Source: Mustelus asterias
Lineage: Eukaryota
Direction of reading: 5' to 3'
DNA length: 64,000 bases
NCBI RefSeq assembly: GCF_964213995.1
Contig: NC_135828.1
Location: forward strand, 30,442,001-30,506,000
In this document: one piece after another, positions 1 to 13,120 of the stretch
Layout: each line of letters starts with the position of its first letter
Position numbering within the stretch: position 1 is the first letter of the stretch
Made by a program: the position numbers and the translations under genes
The notes under the pieces: model-generated
Seen by the model: the letters and a program-made list of their open reading frames with translations, nothing else
Database searches by the model: none
What the model was told of the DNA's origin: nothing

Positions 1-2965
1 GGCAAGCATACCATTTGCCTTCTTCACCACCTTCTCCACCTGTGTTGCCAACTTCAAGGATTTGTGGACTTGCACACCTAGGTCCCTCTGTGTTTCTATA
101 CTCCTGATGACTCTGCCATTTATTGTATAATTCCTCCCTACATTATTTCTTCCAAAATGCATCACTTCGCATTCATCCGGATTAAACTCCATCTGCCACC
201 TCTCCACCCAATTTTCCAGACTATCTATATCCTGCTGTATTGCCCGACAATGCTCTTCGCTATCCGCAAGTCGAGCCATCTTCGTGTCATCTGCAAACTT
301 GCTGATTACACCAGACACACCTTCTTCCAAATAATTTATGTATGTCACAAATAGCAGAGGCCCCAGTACAGAGCCCTGCGGAACACCACTGGTCACAGAC
401 CTCCAGCCAGAAAAAGACCCTTCGACCACTACCCTCTGTCTCCTATGGCCAAGCCAGTTCTCCACCCATCTAGCCACTTCTCCTTGTATCCCATGAGCCT
501 TAACCTTCTTAACCAACCTGCCATGTGGGACTTTGTCAAATGCCTTACTGAAATCCATATAGACGACATCCACGGCCCTTCCTTCATCAACCGTTTTTGT
601 CACTTCCTCAAAAAACTCCACCAAATTTGTAAGGCACGACCTCCCTCTTACAAAACCATGCTGTCTGTCACTAATGAGATTGTTCCGTTCTAAATGCACA
701 TACATCCTATCTCTAAGAATCCTCTCCAACAACTTCCCTACCACAGACGCCAAGCTCACCGGCCTATAATTTCCTGGGTTATCCCTGCTACCCTTCTTAA
801 ACAACGGGACCACATTCGCCATCCTCCAATCCTCAGGGACCTCACCCGTGTCCAAAGAAGCGACAAGGATTTCCGTCAGATGCCCAGCAATTTTATCTCT
901 CGTCTCCCTGAGCAGTCGAGGATAGATGACATCAGGCCCTGGGGCTTTGTCAGTTTTAATGTTCCCTAAAAAACCTAACACTTCCTCTCTTGTAATGGAG
1001 ATTTTCTCTAACGGGTCAACACCTCCCTCCGAGACACTCCCGGTTAACACGCCCCTCTCCTTCGTGAATACCGATGCAAAGTATTCATTTAAGATCTCCC
1101 CTATTCCCTTGGGTTCTAAGCCTAATCCCCTCCTTTGTCCCTGAGAGGTCCGATTTTCTCCCTGACATCTCTTTTGTTCCTGACATATGAATAGAATGCC
1201 TTAAGATTCTCCTTAATCCTGCCTGCCAAGAACATCTCGTGACCTCTTTTTGCCCTTCTAACTCCCCGTTTGAGTTCTTTCCTACTCTCTCTGTATTCCT
1301 CCAGAGCTCCATCTGTTTTCAGTTGCCTGGACTTAACGTACGCCTCCCTTTTCATTTTAATCAGATCCTCAATTTCCCTGGTTATCCACGGCTCTTGAAT
1401 CCTACCTTTCCTATCTTTCCTTTTTACATGCACACGACTATCCTGCAGCCTTATCAATAGTTCCTTAAAAGACTCCCACATGCCGGACGCGGACGTAGCC
1501 TCGAACATCCTCTCCCAATCAACATCCACCAATTCCTGCCTAATCCGGCTATAGTTAGCCTTCCCCCAATTTAGCACCCTGCCCGTAGGACAGCACTCAT
1601 CCTTGTCCATTACTATCGTAAAGTTAACAGAGTTGTGGTCACTATTTGCCACATGTTCCCCGACCGAAACTTTGACGACCTGACCGGGCTCATTTCCCAG
1701 AACTAGGTCCAGTATAGCCCCCTCTCTAGTGGGGCTATCTACATACTGTTCCAAAGGATCTTCCAGTACGCATTTTACAAATTCCTCCCCGTCCGGACCC
1801 CCAGCTCTAAGCACTTTCCAGTCTGTGCCAGGGAAATTAAAGTCCCCCACTACAACAACCCTATATTTTCTGCACCTATCCAGAATCTCCTGACATATCC
1901 TTTCCTCCACTTCCCGTGGGCTGTTGGGTGGTCTGTAGTACACCCCCAGCATAGTGACTGCACCCTTCCTGTTTCTGAGTTCCACCCACAGCGACTCAGT
2001 ACATGACCCCTCTAAGTTGTCTACCCTCTGCACCGCGGTAATATGCTCCTTAACTAATATCGCTACTCCCCCACCTTTTTTAGCCCCTCCTCTCTCTCGC
2101 CTAAAACACTTATACCCCGGAATAATCAGCTGCCAGTCCTGTCCTTCTTTTAACCATGTTTCCGTCACCGCAACCACATCCAAATTCCGCATAAGCATTA
2201 AGGCCCGAAGTTCGTCTGTTTTACACGTTACGCTCCTCGCATTGAAGCAGATGCACTCCAGACCTCCAGGCCCACTCAGGTCATCCTCCTCCAGAGTGCT
2301 CCTCTTCTTAGCTAGCCTTGCCCTGGCCCCCAGCTCAACCCCAGTATTTACTGACCTACTGTTTTGTTCCCCACCCCCCTGCCACACTAGTTTAAATCCT
2401 GCCGAAACACTCTAGCAAAACTCCCAGCCAGGATATTTGCTCCCTTCCAGTTAAGGTGTAACCCATCCTTTCTGTACAGTTGCCATCCTGACATGAAAAT
2501 TTCCCAGTTATCTATGAATTTAAAACCCTCCCTCTTGCACCAGTCCTTTAGCCACGCGTTCAACTGTAGAATCTCCCTGTTCCGAGCCTCACTTGCACTA
2601 GACACCGGGAGCAGTCCAGAGATTGCTACCCTGGGGGCCTTACTTTTTAGCCGAGCACCCAACTCCCTGAATTTCTCTCGTATGACCCCCCTGCTCTTCC
2701 TACCTACATCATTTTCACCAATGTGTATAATCACATCCGTTTGACTACCTTCCTTGTTAAATATGCTTCCTACCCTCTCGGAGACATCCAGTACCCCGGC
2801 ACCAGGGAGGCAGACTACCATCCTGGATTCTCATTCACTCCCACAGAACCGCCTGTCCGTGCCTCTAACCATTGCGACCGCACAGCTATCGCTCTCCTGA
2901 ACCCCTTCTTTCTCTTCCGGACCCCTGAGCCTGTCTCCGTGGAGGCGATCTGCTCCTCGTGGCTT
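1..2965 (-). mobile_element. CR1-clade LINE, degenerate: ORF1 esterase (SGNH-like) plus ORF2 endonuclease and RT; 3' part runs off the window start
   Basis: ORF 2387-2821(-) VVCLPGA..VIIHIGENDVG is CR1 ORF1 esterase-like. ORF 1122-2387(-) has AP-endonuclease motifs (CFNARS, VTETWL, YYRPP, VGDFN, SDHN). RT motifs read on the minus strand in 1-1100. Confidence 0.93.
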
Positions 2966-3014
2966 ACCCTATTGGACATTGCAGATATACAATGCCAATT
3001 TCCCCGGACAATGC

Positions 3015-3362
3015 AGATATACAAGGAGAGAGATACAAAGAGAGATACAGGGAGATAACTACAAAACGAGAAATAGGGAGAGAGACGCAGAGAGAGATAA
3101 ACACACGCACACACAGATACAGGGAGAGATACAGGGAGAGATACATGGAGAGATACAGAGGGAGCGAGATACATGTAGCGAGAGATGCAGAGACAGATAC
3201 AGAGAGAGAGAGAAAAAGAGAGAAATAAATAAATAGAGGGGTACACATAGAGGGATACACGGGGAGTGATGCAGCTAAAGATGCAGCTCGAGAGAGAGGG
3301 AGAGAAAGAGATTGAGAGAGAGATACACAGAGAGGGAAATACAGAGAGAGAGAGAGAGAGAG
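3015..3362. repeat. Purine-rich low-complexity repeat ((GA)n and GAGAGATACAG-like units)
   Basis: Directly visible; explains the spurious ORFs at 2815-3562. Confidence 0.9.
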
Positions 3363-3838
3363 CTCGGCATGCTGGTTATGACATTTTTGTATTTGCTGTT
3401 GTCAGCCGTATTCAGATTTTGATGTTATTGTCACCTGCATCGGACTCTATCATCACAGAACATAATGTATTTGTATCAGGTCTTTTCAGGATGCAAGCGA
3501 CGGGATTAATCCATGAATCCACGTATCATATTCAGCAACATTTGCTACTTTCCCCAAAATGAAACCCTTGTTTCTTGGTTGACTCCAGATAAGGGCATCC
3601 ATCATTCTGGTAATTTCAAAGGAGGTGAGAGAGGGATGATCATTGCCTGACGGGGAGACTCAATCCAGAAAAAATGCGACAGGAGATTTCGCCGACACGG
3701 AAGGGGGCTTGACTAAGAGTAAGATATTGGGGGGCGGGGGGGGGGGCGGGAGGTGGGGGGCGGGGGCGTCAGGCAGTCACAGATGGAGGACCGCTGGTGA
3801 CAAAATGGGAGGAGTGGTGTGTATATGTCAACCCGTGG

Positions 3839-3938
3839 TTGAAGGGCGGGGCTGTCATTTCCGGGGTTGAAGGGCGAGGCTGTTACTCCGGGACTGAAGG
3901 GCGGGGCTGTCACTCCGGGTTGAAGGGCGGGCTGCCTC
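3839..3938 (+). promoter_or_regulatory. Four tandem 26-28-bp GC-box units upstream of the V1 leader
   Basis: Units like TTGAAGGGCGGGGCTGTCAYTCCGGG start at 3839, 3867, 3894 and 3920, about 120-220 bp before ATG 4056. Confidence 0.55.
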
Positions 3939-4055
3939 TCGGAGATAATAACATGTCATTTGTTCGTGTCTTGCAGACGGGCAACATCACAGCTCCTGTC
4001 TGTGATAAAGTAATTCGTTCTGCACTCACTGCTCCCAGACCTTCTGTCCTGCGCC

Positions 4056-4977
4056 ATGCCGGTTTGGCGCTGGCTCTCCATATCGGTCTTGTTCTTGCTG
4101 GCGGGTAAGTAGCGTGAGGAGCTACCGTTAAAATCAGGCCTTTGAGATTGGGAACTGGAATACATCAATGATCCCACGGACCAAGCGTTTAATGAAGAGA
4201 CATCGGGTGGAATCAGAAAAGATATAGAGAGAATGAAATGAATAAATACGGAATGAGAGAGGGAGAGGAAGACATTTAAACTAAATCAACACGATTGTAA
4301 CCTGAATGATCTTATCCTGTTCCGAAACAAAGGAAGATGCTAATTTCCCCGGATTGATTTAGCCGGGAGAACCTTCAGGGTCACTCGAACCATACAGGCT
4401 GCCAGCAACCGACAGAAGCCTGCGGATTTAGTATATTTTTCTGTATATTCAGAATGGGTAAGAAGCACAATGTCCCGGAATGGAGCAGGTAGAATTTGAA
4501 CATGAGGAAACATAGAGGCATGAGGGCCGCTGTGTAAGGTAGTTCCATTTAGATCGTGTGTCTTATCATTAGTGTCCAGGTAAAAGCAAGCCAAAACTTG
4601 CGGTATCAGTTTTGCAGTTAGTGGAATGTCTGACGCGCGACCATGTTAATATTGATGCGTTTCTTGTTTTTTTCGAGGATTTGGCGAGTCTGAAAGGATC
4701 GTGCAGTCCATGAAGTCTGTAACGGTGATAAAGGGAAAGTTTGTATCTATTCCATGTACCCAAATTGGGTCTGATGCTTACATGTACTGGTACCGTCAGT
4801 CGCCGGAACTGGGCTTTCAGAACATTCTGTACGCAGTACAGGAAAATGAGCCGACCAAATCGGACGGGTTCAGGGATCGGTTCAACGCCAAGAAGACTGG
4901 AAAGGGCTTCTTCGACCTGAGGATCGAGGAGCTACAGCCGAGCGATGCCGCTGTGTATTTCTGCGCCTCCAGTGTTG
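4056..4977 (+). CDS. TRBV: TCR V gene V1, apparently functional; leader 4056-4104, V exon 4678-4977
   Basis: Leader MPVWRWLSISVLFLLA-G|gtaagt. V exon G-FGESERIVQS..IPC..MYWYRQ..DAAVYFCASSV is open, with both Cys and Trp41. Confidence 0.92.
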
Positions 4978-5016
4978 CACAGAGACACGCTTGGGCTGAA
5001 CAGTGCTACAAAAACC
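4978..5016 (+). other. 23-RSS of V1
   Basis: CACAGAG + 23 bp + ACAAAAACC. Confidence 0.95.
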
Positions 5017-5964
5017 TGGCCTATCTCAAGACACTACTGCCTCACGGGTTACGGGGTGCTGATTCAGTTCATAGATGGATAGATAGATGCAGAATGGGGG
5101 ATATATGTTTACATAAGTGGCAGAATACATAGATAGGCAGATTGACTAATTGGGAGTACGGGAAAATACACACGTTTACACCCCCTCCCCCTCTCTCCGT
5201 GTTTCTCAGTTCATTATCCTCTTCTGCCTTGCGATATCTTCCCTGAAGCTCTTTGAAACCAATCTATCCGCTTCTCTCGCCGCTGCTGTGATGTGTTTTT
5301 CTTAGAAACTGGGAGTTGATACTAATAAATAGTTTTAGCATCCAATGTTCTTTGTTCTTTCAGCATGGAGGTACGAATATATTGGATTACATTGCTCTAC
5401 TAAATTAAGTTGAAGACCATTAAATTCGAATCGCAGAGTATTGGCGCCAATAAGATGTTCTAAACCCACAGGACCAGCAATGTGTGATATATATCTACAT
5501 ATATGTGTGTGTGTGTGTATATATGGTTATCTTGAGAGGAAGATTTGCATCCTTATAGGCTTTGAAACATAGGTAATTTACAGCACAACTGCTGGCTAGT
5601 AACCTTTTTCTGAATTTCCATAACTACCCGTTTAATTATATTAAAGAAATGGTTTCACCAAAACTCCTCACGAGTGATGAACTATGAGCTCACAAATCGA
5701 TCCGTGGATTGACTTACTCCCACGTGACAGCAAGCTTTGTTTACATCGCCCAGGAAAAGTATTTCTATATTGCGTCAGCAGATGTGTGACGTCAAAGTGT
5801 TCGCATACAGTGACTGAATTGGAAACAGAACAGTAGAATGGCACTGCGTTCCACCGCACAGCACAGTGTGTACCTTATTCAAGATGAGCGCAACAACTGA
5901 CCACGGCTCCTTTGACAGCACCTGCCAAAACGCCAACTTAACCAAGTGGAAGGACATAGATTTA

Positions 5965-6276
5965 AGTTTTAATCTTATTTGTTTGTGTCACAAAGTAGGC
6001 TCACATGAACATTGTAGTGAAATTATTGTGAAAATCCCCTTTTCGCCACACCCCGGTGCCTTGTCGGTTACACTGAGAGATAATTTAGCATGGCCAATGC
6101 ACCTAAACGGCACGCCTTTCGGACTGTGCATGGAAACCGGAGCACCTGAAGGAAACCCACGCAGACACGGGGAGAACGTACAGTCACCGCACAGGCAGTG
6201 ACCCAAACCGGGAAACGAATCCGGGTCCCTGGCGCTGTGAGGCAGCAGTGCTAACCACTGTGCCACTGTGCCGTCC
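5965..6276 (-). mobile_element. tRNA-derived V-SINE (HE1-like)
   Basis: Reverse complement has the GGCACAGTGGTTAGCACTGCTGCCTCACAG head and the GTCTGCGTGGGTTTCC core. Confidence 0.88.
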
Positions 6277-7708
6277 ATGGTGAGCACTTGCAGCTGAAAA
6301 ATAGCCTCCAGTCCACACATCATCGCAAGTTTGAACTATATCTCCCATCATTCACTGACGGCGAGTTAAAATCTTGGAGCTCCCTTCCGAACCGCACACA
6401 CACATGGACTGCTTCAGTTCAAGAAGCTGGCTCGCTATCGCTTTCTAAACGGTAATTCCTGCTGCACAATGTGTTCATCAATATTGCATGCTTTATTTAG
6501 GCTCGGAATGATACAGAACCCAAGAAAGGCAGTATATTGTTACCGTTGCTGCAAGCTATCTGCATGAATTAAGAAGTTAGTTCCACACAAACAACTTCCC
6601 AGTCCTATTCATCTCATCCTTTCAATGATGTTTCCTAATTCACTCCGCAGCTATCTTACATTTAAATGGATGCTTGCTATTCTCATCAATGAATTACTTT
6701 AAAACAATGGAAGTTCAAGTTATCCTTGAATCATTGTGACAGCGAACCTGACCTCAATTGCCGAAAATACAACTGATTCATAATTGCCCATCTGCATTGA
6801 ATCATCACACATTGCTTAGGACATCGCAATGTTTCTGACTGCCAGAATGATCAAGACGTATCAAAGACCTGGCTGGTAAGATGTGAGGACCCGATTCACC
6901 AATAATGAGGAGCAATGGATCAAGGGCAAGAGGTGACCTTGAAAGAACTGGTCAAAGCGCACACTTCCGTTCACAAAGGCAAATGGATGGCACAATCTCT
7001 CTTCCAGTTCTTCGATCAACTGCTTCCCAGGGCGAGTCATCCTAAAAGTGTTATCTCTAGGGAAAATTCCTGTAGATACTGTAATTCTTACTTTGAGCAT
7101 CCCATTTCCATTCCCTTTGTTAAGTCGCTTCCACCCCCTTCTCTTATGACCAATTTCTCCCTCTTTCTTTGTCTCTGCCTCGCTTCCTCTCACACTGCCG
7201 CCTCATTTTGGTGGCAATTGAATGGATGATGTAAAGTCCCTCCACTGTCAGAACGTTAGCTGATGTCATTTAATTACCTTTTCCAGTTTCTGCCTTGCTC
7301 TCCTATTAATCCGCAGTCCTCATGCTGTTATGAAAAAAGAATACTTGTTCCACCTTTTCATGCAAACTCTAATCTCTAAGGTATATTAACTCCCAGTGGC
7401 CGTGAGCATGTTTTATCCACATTAAACTCGTTTTTGTTCCCATGAACTTCATGTCCAAATCTGGTCCCCATCTCTAGAACAGCACTGTTCAGCTTAAAAT
7501 CATGTTTATCTGATATAACAAATGAAATTCTTCTCTTTACGTTTCATTTGAAAATAAGACAAGTTGCAGACTGTGTTTGAATGAACAACTCAGAACTGCT
7601 GAATGAACAATGAACTGGTTTCAAATGTTTCCATTTGTCACAGGAGCAGGGTTAATTTCCTTGATCCACGTTACTGCGAGATCATGCCCTCTGCTAGATT
7701 GATAATTT

Positions 7709-8045
7709 GGCGGCACGGTAGCACAGTGGTTAGCACTGCTGTTTCACAGCTCCAGGGTCCCGGGTTCGATTCCCGCTCGGGTCACTGTCTGTGTGGAGTT
7801 TGCACATTCTCCTCGTGTCTGCGTGGGTTTCCTCCGGGTGCTCCGGTTTCCTCCCACAGTCCAAAGATGTGCGCGTTAGGTTGATTGGCCAGGTTAAAAA
7901 ATTGCCCCTTAGAGTCCTGGGATGTGTAGGTTAGAGGGATTAGCGGGTAAAATATGTGGGGGTGGGGCCTGGGTGGGATTATGGTCGGTGCAGACTCGAT
8001 GGGCCGAATGGCCTCCTTCTGCACTGTAGGGTTTCTATTCTATGA
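7709..8045 (+). mobile_element. HE1-like V-SINE, full length
   Basis: tRNA-like A/B boxes, V core, CR1-type tail; flanked by TGATAATT (TSD-like). Confidence 0.92.
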
Positions 8046-8103
8046 TAATTCATCAACACTGATATAAGACAAGCCATTCATTTTGCAAATCACATACGTT
8101 TTG

Positions 8104-8299
8104 GTCCAAAGATGTCCAGGTTAGGTTGATTGGCCAGGTTAAAAATTGCCCCTTAGAGTCCTGAGATGCGTAGGTTCGAGGGATTAGCGGGTAAATATGT
8201 GGGGGTAGGGCCTGGGTGGGATTGTGTTCGGTGCAAACTCGATGGGCCGAATGGCCTCCTTCTGCACTGTAGGGTTTCTATGATTTCTATGATTTCTAT
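8104..8299 (+). mobile_element. 5'-truncated HE1-like SINE
   Basis: Near-identical to the 3' half of 7709-8045; (TTTCTATGA)n tail; TGGTCCA at both ends. Confidence 0.88.
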
Positions 8300-9495
8300 G
8301 GTCCACGTAAACGCCGAGTACGTTCCATTCCATTACTGACCTGAAGAATGCACAGATGACTCGACTGGGAAATACTATTTGCCATCCTGATTTGTTTTTC
8401 ATTCGTGACCAAAAGCTTTCACATCAGTGCAGATTTCACACGTTAGGCTTGTTAGGTGGGCTTGAAACCGGTAACATTTTAAACTGAATCTCCCGATTAT
8501 AACTCACAAGCGATACTGATAACTTACTACTTCAAGTAGTTCACCTCCACAATATAATGAAATAATTTTTTGGCCTGATTTTCAATATTCTATCTTTCAT
8601 ACTTGCTTTCTTTATCAAATCAACGCTCCAGTCGAAGAGTGGAAAATAAATTTCTCCAACACACAAATAGGGTTGAAATTTCTCAGGGGGCTCCGGAAGC
8701 GATATCTGCCAGGACGATTTCGTGCTCATGTTGGGAGTTTCAGAAGTGAGTGAGATTGCTGGCATCAGTATAAGAAGGAAACATAGGCGCTCTTTTCACG
8801 GATTTGCAATGCGCCAACAATTTCAGCGAATTACGAGCATTGCTATTAAACAGTAATCCTCTTGATATGTGTTGCCATCCTCCCAGCCAAGGGAGACGAT
8901 GGACGCCGAGGAAGCAGAAACATATTTGCGTGGGATTTTCCTCATTTGGCGCACCTTTATAAATGGCTGTGAAAGCCACTTGAGGATTGATGCCCTGTCG
9001 TTCAGGGGCAGCTTCTCCGACATGTTTAGCATGTAACGTTGCCAAGCGACGTTTTGCGTTGCCCTGAAAAATCCTGTTTGGTAACTTCCTGCGACTCTCT
9101 CCAAAAATGTCAGAGTTGCTCTGCAGACTATTTAGTTAACAGCCCGAGATAGTTATAGTCAGACTCATACATTAGAGCCAATGTCCCAAATGCCAACATG
9201 AGCATCTCTGGAACAAGCTGGCAATATATGCTGCTTAGAGTAGGGCAAGATAACGGAATGATTCAACAGGAGACGCTCTGGTGTACGCTTGGAAATTTGG
9301 AGCAAAGTGTTTGCAGGTGCAACGGAAAGTGGATAATCCAGATTCAGGATCAGAGGTTGAACTAAGTGAGAAAGAAGTCAGGAAAACCTGTTCAAATCAG
9401 TTAGTTGTAAGGTACAATATAACTGAACTTAAAGTGAGACGGAAGCACATTCGATCACAGGAATCGTCAAGCTCTGCATGGGGCATATAAATGCG

Positions 9496-9700
9496 AGGCT
9501 ACTGGAAATTAGCGAGGGCAGGTAGCAATTCCGCAGGGGAGACGAATGCCTATATATACAGACACATTTATGGTAGAAACTAGATAACGGCATTCAGTAG
9601 GTGGTTCACGCAATGTTTGAAGGGGAGCCTGTTTTGGGCAGAGAGTAGGGGGAACCGTACCGTGTATTACTCCTGTAGATGAGTAAGACTTGCACAGCTG
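9496..9700 (+). pseudogene. Possible highly degraded V relic (V1-like)
   Basis: Across frameshifts reads VAIP..NAYIY..GIQ*VVHAMFEGEP..VYY.C, versus V1 VSIP..DAYMY..GFQNILYAVQENEP; ends at CACAGCT. Confidence 0.3.
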
Positions 9701-10134
9701 CAGCGGTTCGGTCTCCACAGCCCACTCAGTATTTGCAAATTTTCAATTGTACCATCATCTGATTTGCCATGATTTGCATTTTCACCCAGGCAAAACACAG
9801 GAAAATATTTGATAGGCAATTTAAGTTGCAGTTCAAACCATTTGATCACTGCATTCAAAGATCTTGGAGTGTCGAATGCTGCTTTGAACTAGATTAATCG
9901 GTATGACGCTTTATGCTATGTTAACTTTAACTCTCGTGTCAAGAGATATTTGTGCAACTTTGGCATGACTAACATGCATTTGGACAAAAGGTCCCTCTTC
10001 GCAATGACATATAATAGTTAAGTGAGGTTGGATAGTCTTGGTTTGTTTTCGTTGCTGAGATGCTCCAATAGGTGGCACTGGTCACTTTGTTTCAGAATGT
10101 GATCTGTCTGACAACATTTCTCTATTGGGTTGAT

Positions 10135-12408
10135 ATAGAACATAGAACAGTACAGCACAGAACAGGCCCTTCGGCCCACGATGTTGTGCCGAGCTTTATA
10201 TGAAACCAAGATCAAGCTATCCCACTCCCTATCATCCTGGTGTGCTCTATGTGCCTATCCAATAACCGCTTAAATGTTCCTAAAGTGTCTGACTCCACTA
10301 TCACTGCAGGCAGTCCATTCCACATCCCAACCACTCTCTGCGTAAAGAACCTACCTCTGATATCCTTCCTGTATCTCCCACCACGAACCCTATAGTTATG
10401 CCCCCTTGTAATAGCTCCATCCACCCGAGGAAATAGTCTTTGAACGTTCACTCTATCTATCCCCTTCAGCATTTTATAAACCTCTATTAAGTCTCCCCTC
10501 AGCCTCCTCCGCTCCAGAGAGAACAGCCCTAGCTCCCTCAACCTTTCCTCATAAGACCTACCCTCCAAACCAGGCAGTATCCTGGTAAATCTCCTCTGCA
10601 CTCTTTCCAGCGCTTCCACATCCTTCTTATAGTCAGGTGACGAGAACTGCACACAATATTCCAAATGTGTTCTCACCAAGGTCCTGTACAGTTGTAGCAT
10701 AACCCCACGGCTCTTAAACTCCAACCCCTGTTAATAAAAGCTAACACACTATAGGCCTTCTTCACAGCTCTATCCACTTGAGTGGCAACCTTTAGAGATC
10801 TGTGGATATGAACCCCAAGATCTCTCTGTTCCTCCACAGTCTTCAGAACCCTACCTTTGACCCTGTAATCCACATTTAAATTAGTCCTACCAAAATGAAT
10901 CACCTCACATTTATCAGGGTTAAACTCCATTTGCCATTTTTCAGCCCAGCTTTCCATCCTATCTATGTCTCTTTGCAGCCTACAACAGCCCTCCACCTCA
11001 TCCACTACTCCACCAATCTTGGTGTCATCAGCAAATTTACTGATCCACCCTTCAGCCCCCTCCTCTAAGTCATTAATAAAAATCACAAAGAGCAGAGGAC
11101 CAAGCACTGATCCCTGCGGCACTCTGCTAGCAACCTGCCTCCAATCCGAAAATTTTCCATCGACCACCACCCTCTGTCTTCGATCAGACAGCCAGTTACC
11201 TATCCAATCGGCCAACTTTCCCTCTATCCCACACCTCCTCACTTTCATCATAAGCCGACCATGGGGGACCTTATCAAACGCCTTACTAAAATCCATGTAT
11301 ATGACATCAACTGCCCTACCTTCATCAACACACTTAGTTACCTCCTCAAAAAATTCTATCAAATTTGTGAGGCACGACTTGCCCTTCACGAATCCGTGCT
11401 GACTATCCCGGATTAATCCGCATCTTTCTAAATGGTCGTAAATCCCATCTCTAAGGACCTTTTCCATCAATTTACCAACCACCGAAGTAAGACTAACCGG
11501 TCTATAATTACCAGGGTCATTTCTATTCCCTTTCTTAAACAGAGGAACAATATTCGCCATTCTCCAGTCCTCTGGCACCATCCCCGTGGACAGCGAGCAC
11601 CCAAAGATCAAAGCCAAAGGCTCTGCAATCTCATCCCTTGCCTCCCAAAGAATCCTAGGATACATTTCATCAGGCCCAGGGGACTTATCGACCTTCAGTT
11701 TATTCAAAACTGCCAGGACATCCTCCCTCCAAACATCTATTTCCTCCAGCCTATTAGCCTGTAACACCTTCTTGTCCTCAAAAACATGGCCCCTCTCCTT
11801 GGTGAACACTGAAGAAAAGTATTCATTCATCACCCCGCCTATCTGTACTGACTCCATACACAAGTTCCCACTACTGTCCTTGACCGGCCCTAACCTCACC
11901 CTGGTCATTCTTTTATTCCTCACATAAGAGTAAAAAGCCTTGGGGTTTTCCTAGATCCGACCCGCCAAGGACTTCTCGTGTCCCCTCCTAGCTCTCCTAA
12001 GCCCTTTTTTCAGCTCATTCCTTGCTAACTTGTAACCCTCAATCGAGCCATCTGAACCTTGTTCCCTCATCCCTACATAAGCTTCCCTCTTCCTTTTCAC
12101 AAGACATTCCACCTCTTTCGTGAACCATGGTTCCCTCACTCGGCCATTTCCTCCCTGCCTGACAGGGACATACCTATCAAGGACATCCAGTATTTGTTCC
12201 TTGAAAAAGTTCTACTTTTCATTAGTTCCTTTCTCTGACAGTTTCTGTTCCCAACTTATGCCCCCTAATTCTTGCCTAATCGCATCATAATTATCTCTCC
12301 CCCAATTGTAAACCTTGCCCTGCCGTACGGCCCTCTCCCTCTCCATTGCAATAATAAAAGACACCGAATTGTGGTCACTATCTCCAAAGTGCTCTCCCAC
12401 ATATGTTC
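10135..12408 (-). mobile_element. CR1 LINE, 5'-truncated (RT and partial endonuclease, frameshifted)
   Basis: ORFs 10673-11923 (QHGF, DFSKAFD, PQGS, FADD) and 10212-10724; (TTCTATG)n tail. Confidence 0.95.
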
Positions 12409-12409
12409 T

Positions 12410-12737
12410 CATAGAAATCATAGAAACCCTACAGTGCAGAAGGAGGCCATTCGGCCCATCGAGTCTGCACCGACCACAATCCCACCCAGGCCCTACCCCC
12501 ACATATTTACCCACTAATCTACACATCCCAGGATTCTAAGGGGCAATTTTTAACCTGGCCAATCAACCTAACCTGCACATCTTTGGATGTGGGAGGAAAC
12601 CGGAGCACCCGGAGGAAACCCACGCAGACACGAGGAGAATGTGCAAACTCCACACAGACAGTGACCCGAGCCGGGAATCGAACCCGGGACCCTGGAGCTG
12701 TGAAGCAGCAGTGCTAACCACTGTGCTACCGTGCCGT
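12410..12737 (-). mobile_element. HE1-like V-SINE abutting the CR1 5' end
   Basis: Reverse complement of the same consensus as 7709-8045. Confidence 0.92.
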
Positions 12738-13120
12738 CTATTTAATGAGACTATTGAATTATAATTGATATTATCTATCTAATGTGATCATTTCATGTGT
12801 GGATATATCTGAAAAGGTATAGCTGGGGCGATGGAGTGTTGTATTACAGTTATCGATTCGTATTTACTAAATGTTTTATTCTTTTGTTAAACGTTAATTG
12901 GCAGTTCCATGAACCTGTTCATCCATGTCTCCTTAAACAAATGTTACGATCTGCCGAGCTGAGGTTCGGCCTTAGGCCTGACTCCCCAGCAGCAACATCA
13001 GCTGGGATGGTAAAAATATACGTAACCAACTTCCGGCCCGGAGTCGGAAATTTGCATCCGCTTCAAAACCATTCTCCCGTTTATTCTCAGCTCTCAGAGG
13101 AACATTTTACTGTCGGCAAA

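Noticed and set aside
2723-3562. Several overlapping ORFs
   Set aside because: Translations of a GA-rich simple repeat.
5787-5900. TGACGTCA plus CACAGTG (5862) as a promoter or RSS
   Set aside because: No leader at about +110; best nonamer-like GCAACAACT is at 21 bp; no V upstream.
7709-7780. tRNA gene
   Set aside because: tRNA-derived SINE head continuing into the V core and LINE-type tail.
10965-11927. Antisense ORFs over CR1 RT (also 1954-2415, 34057-34530, 36924-37493, 52407-52844)
   Set aside because: Recurrent shadow frames of CR1 ORF2, not host genes.
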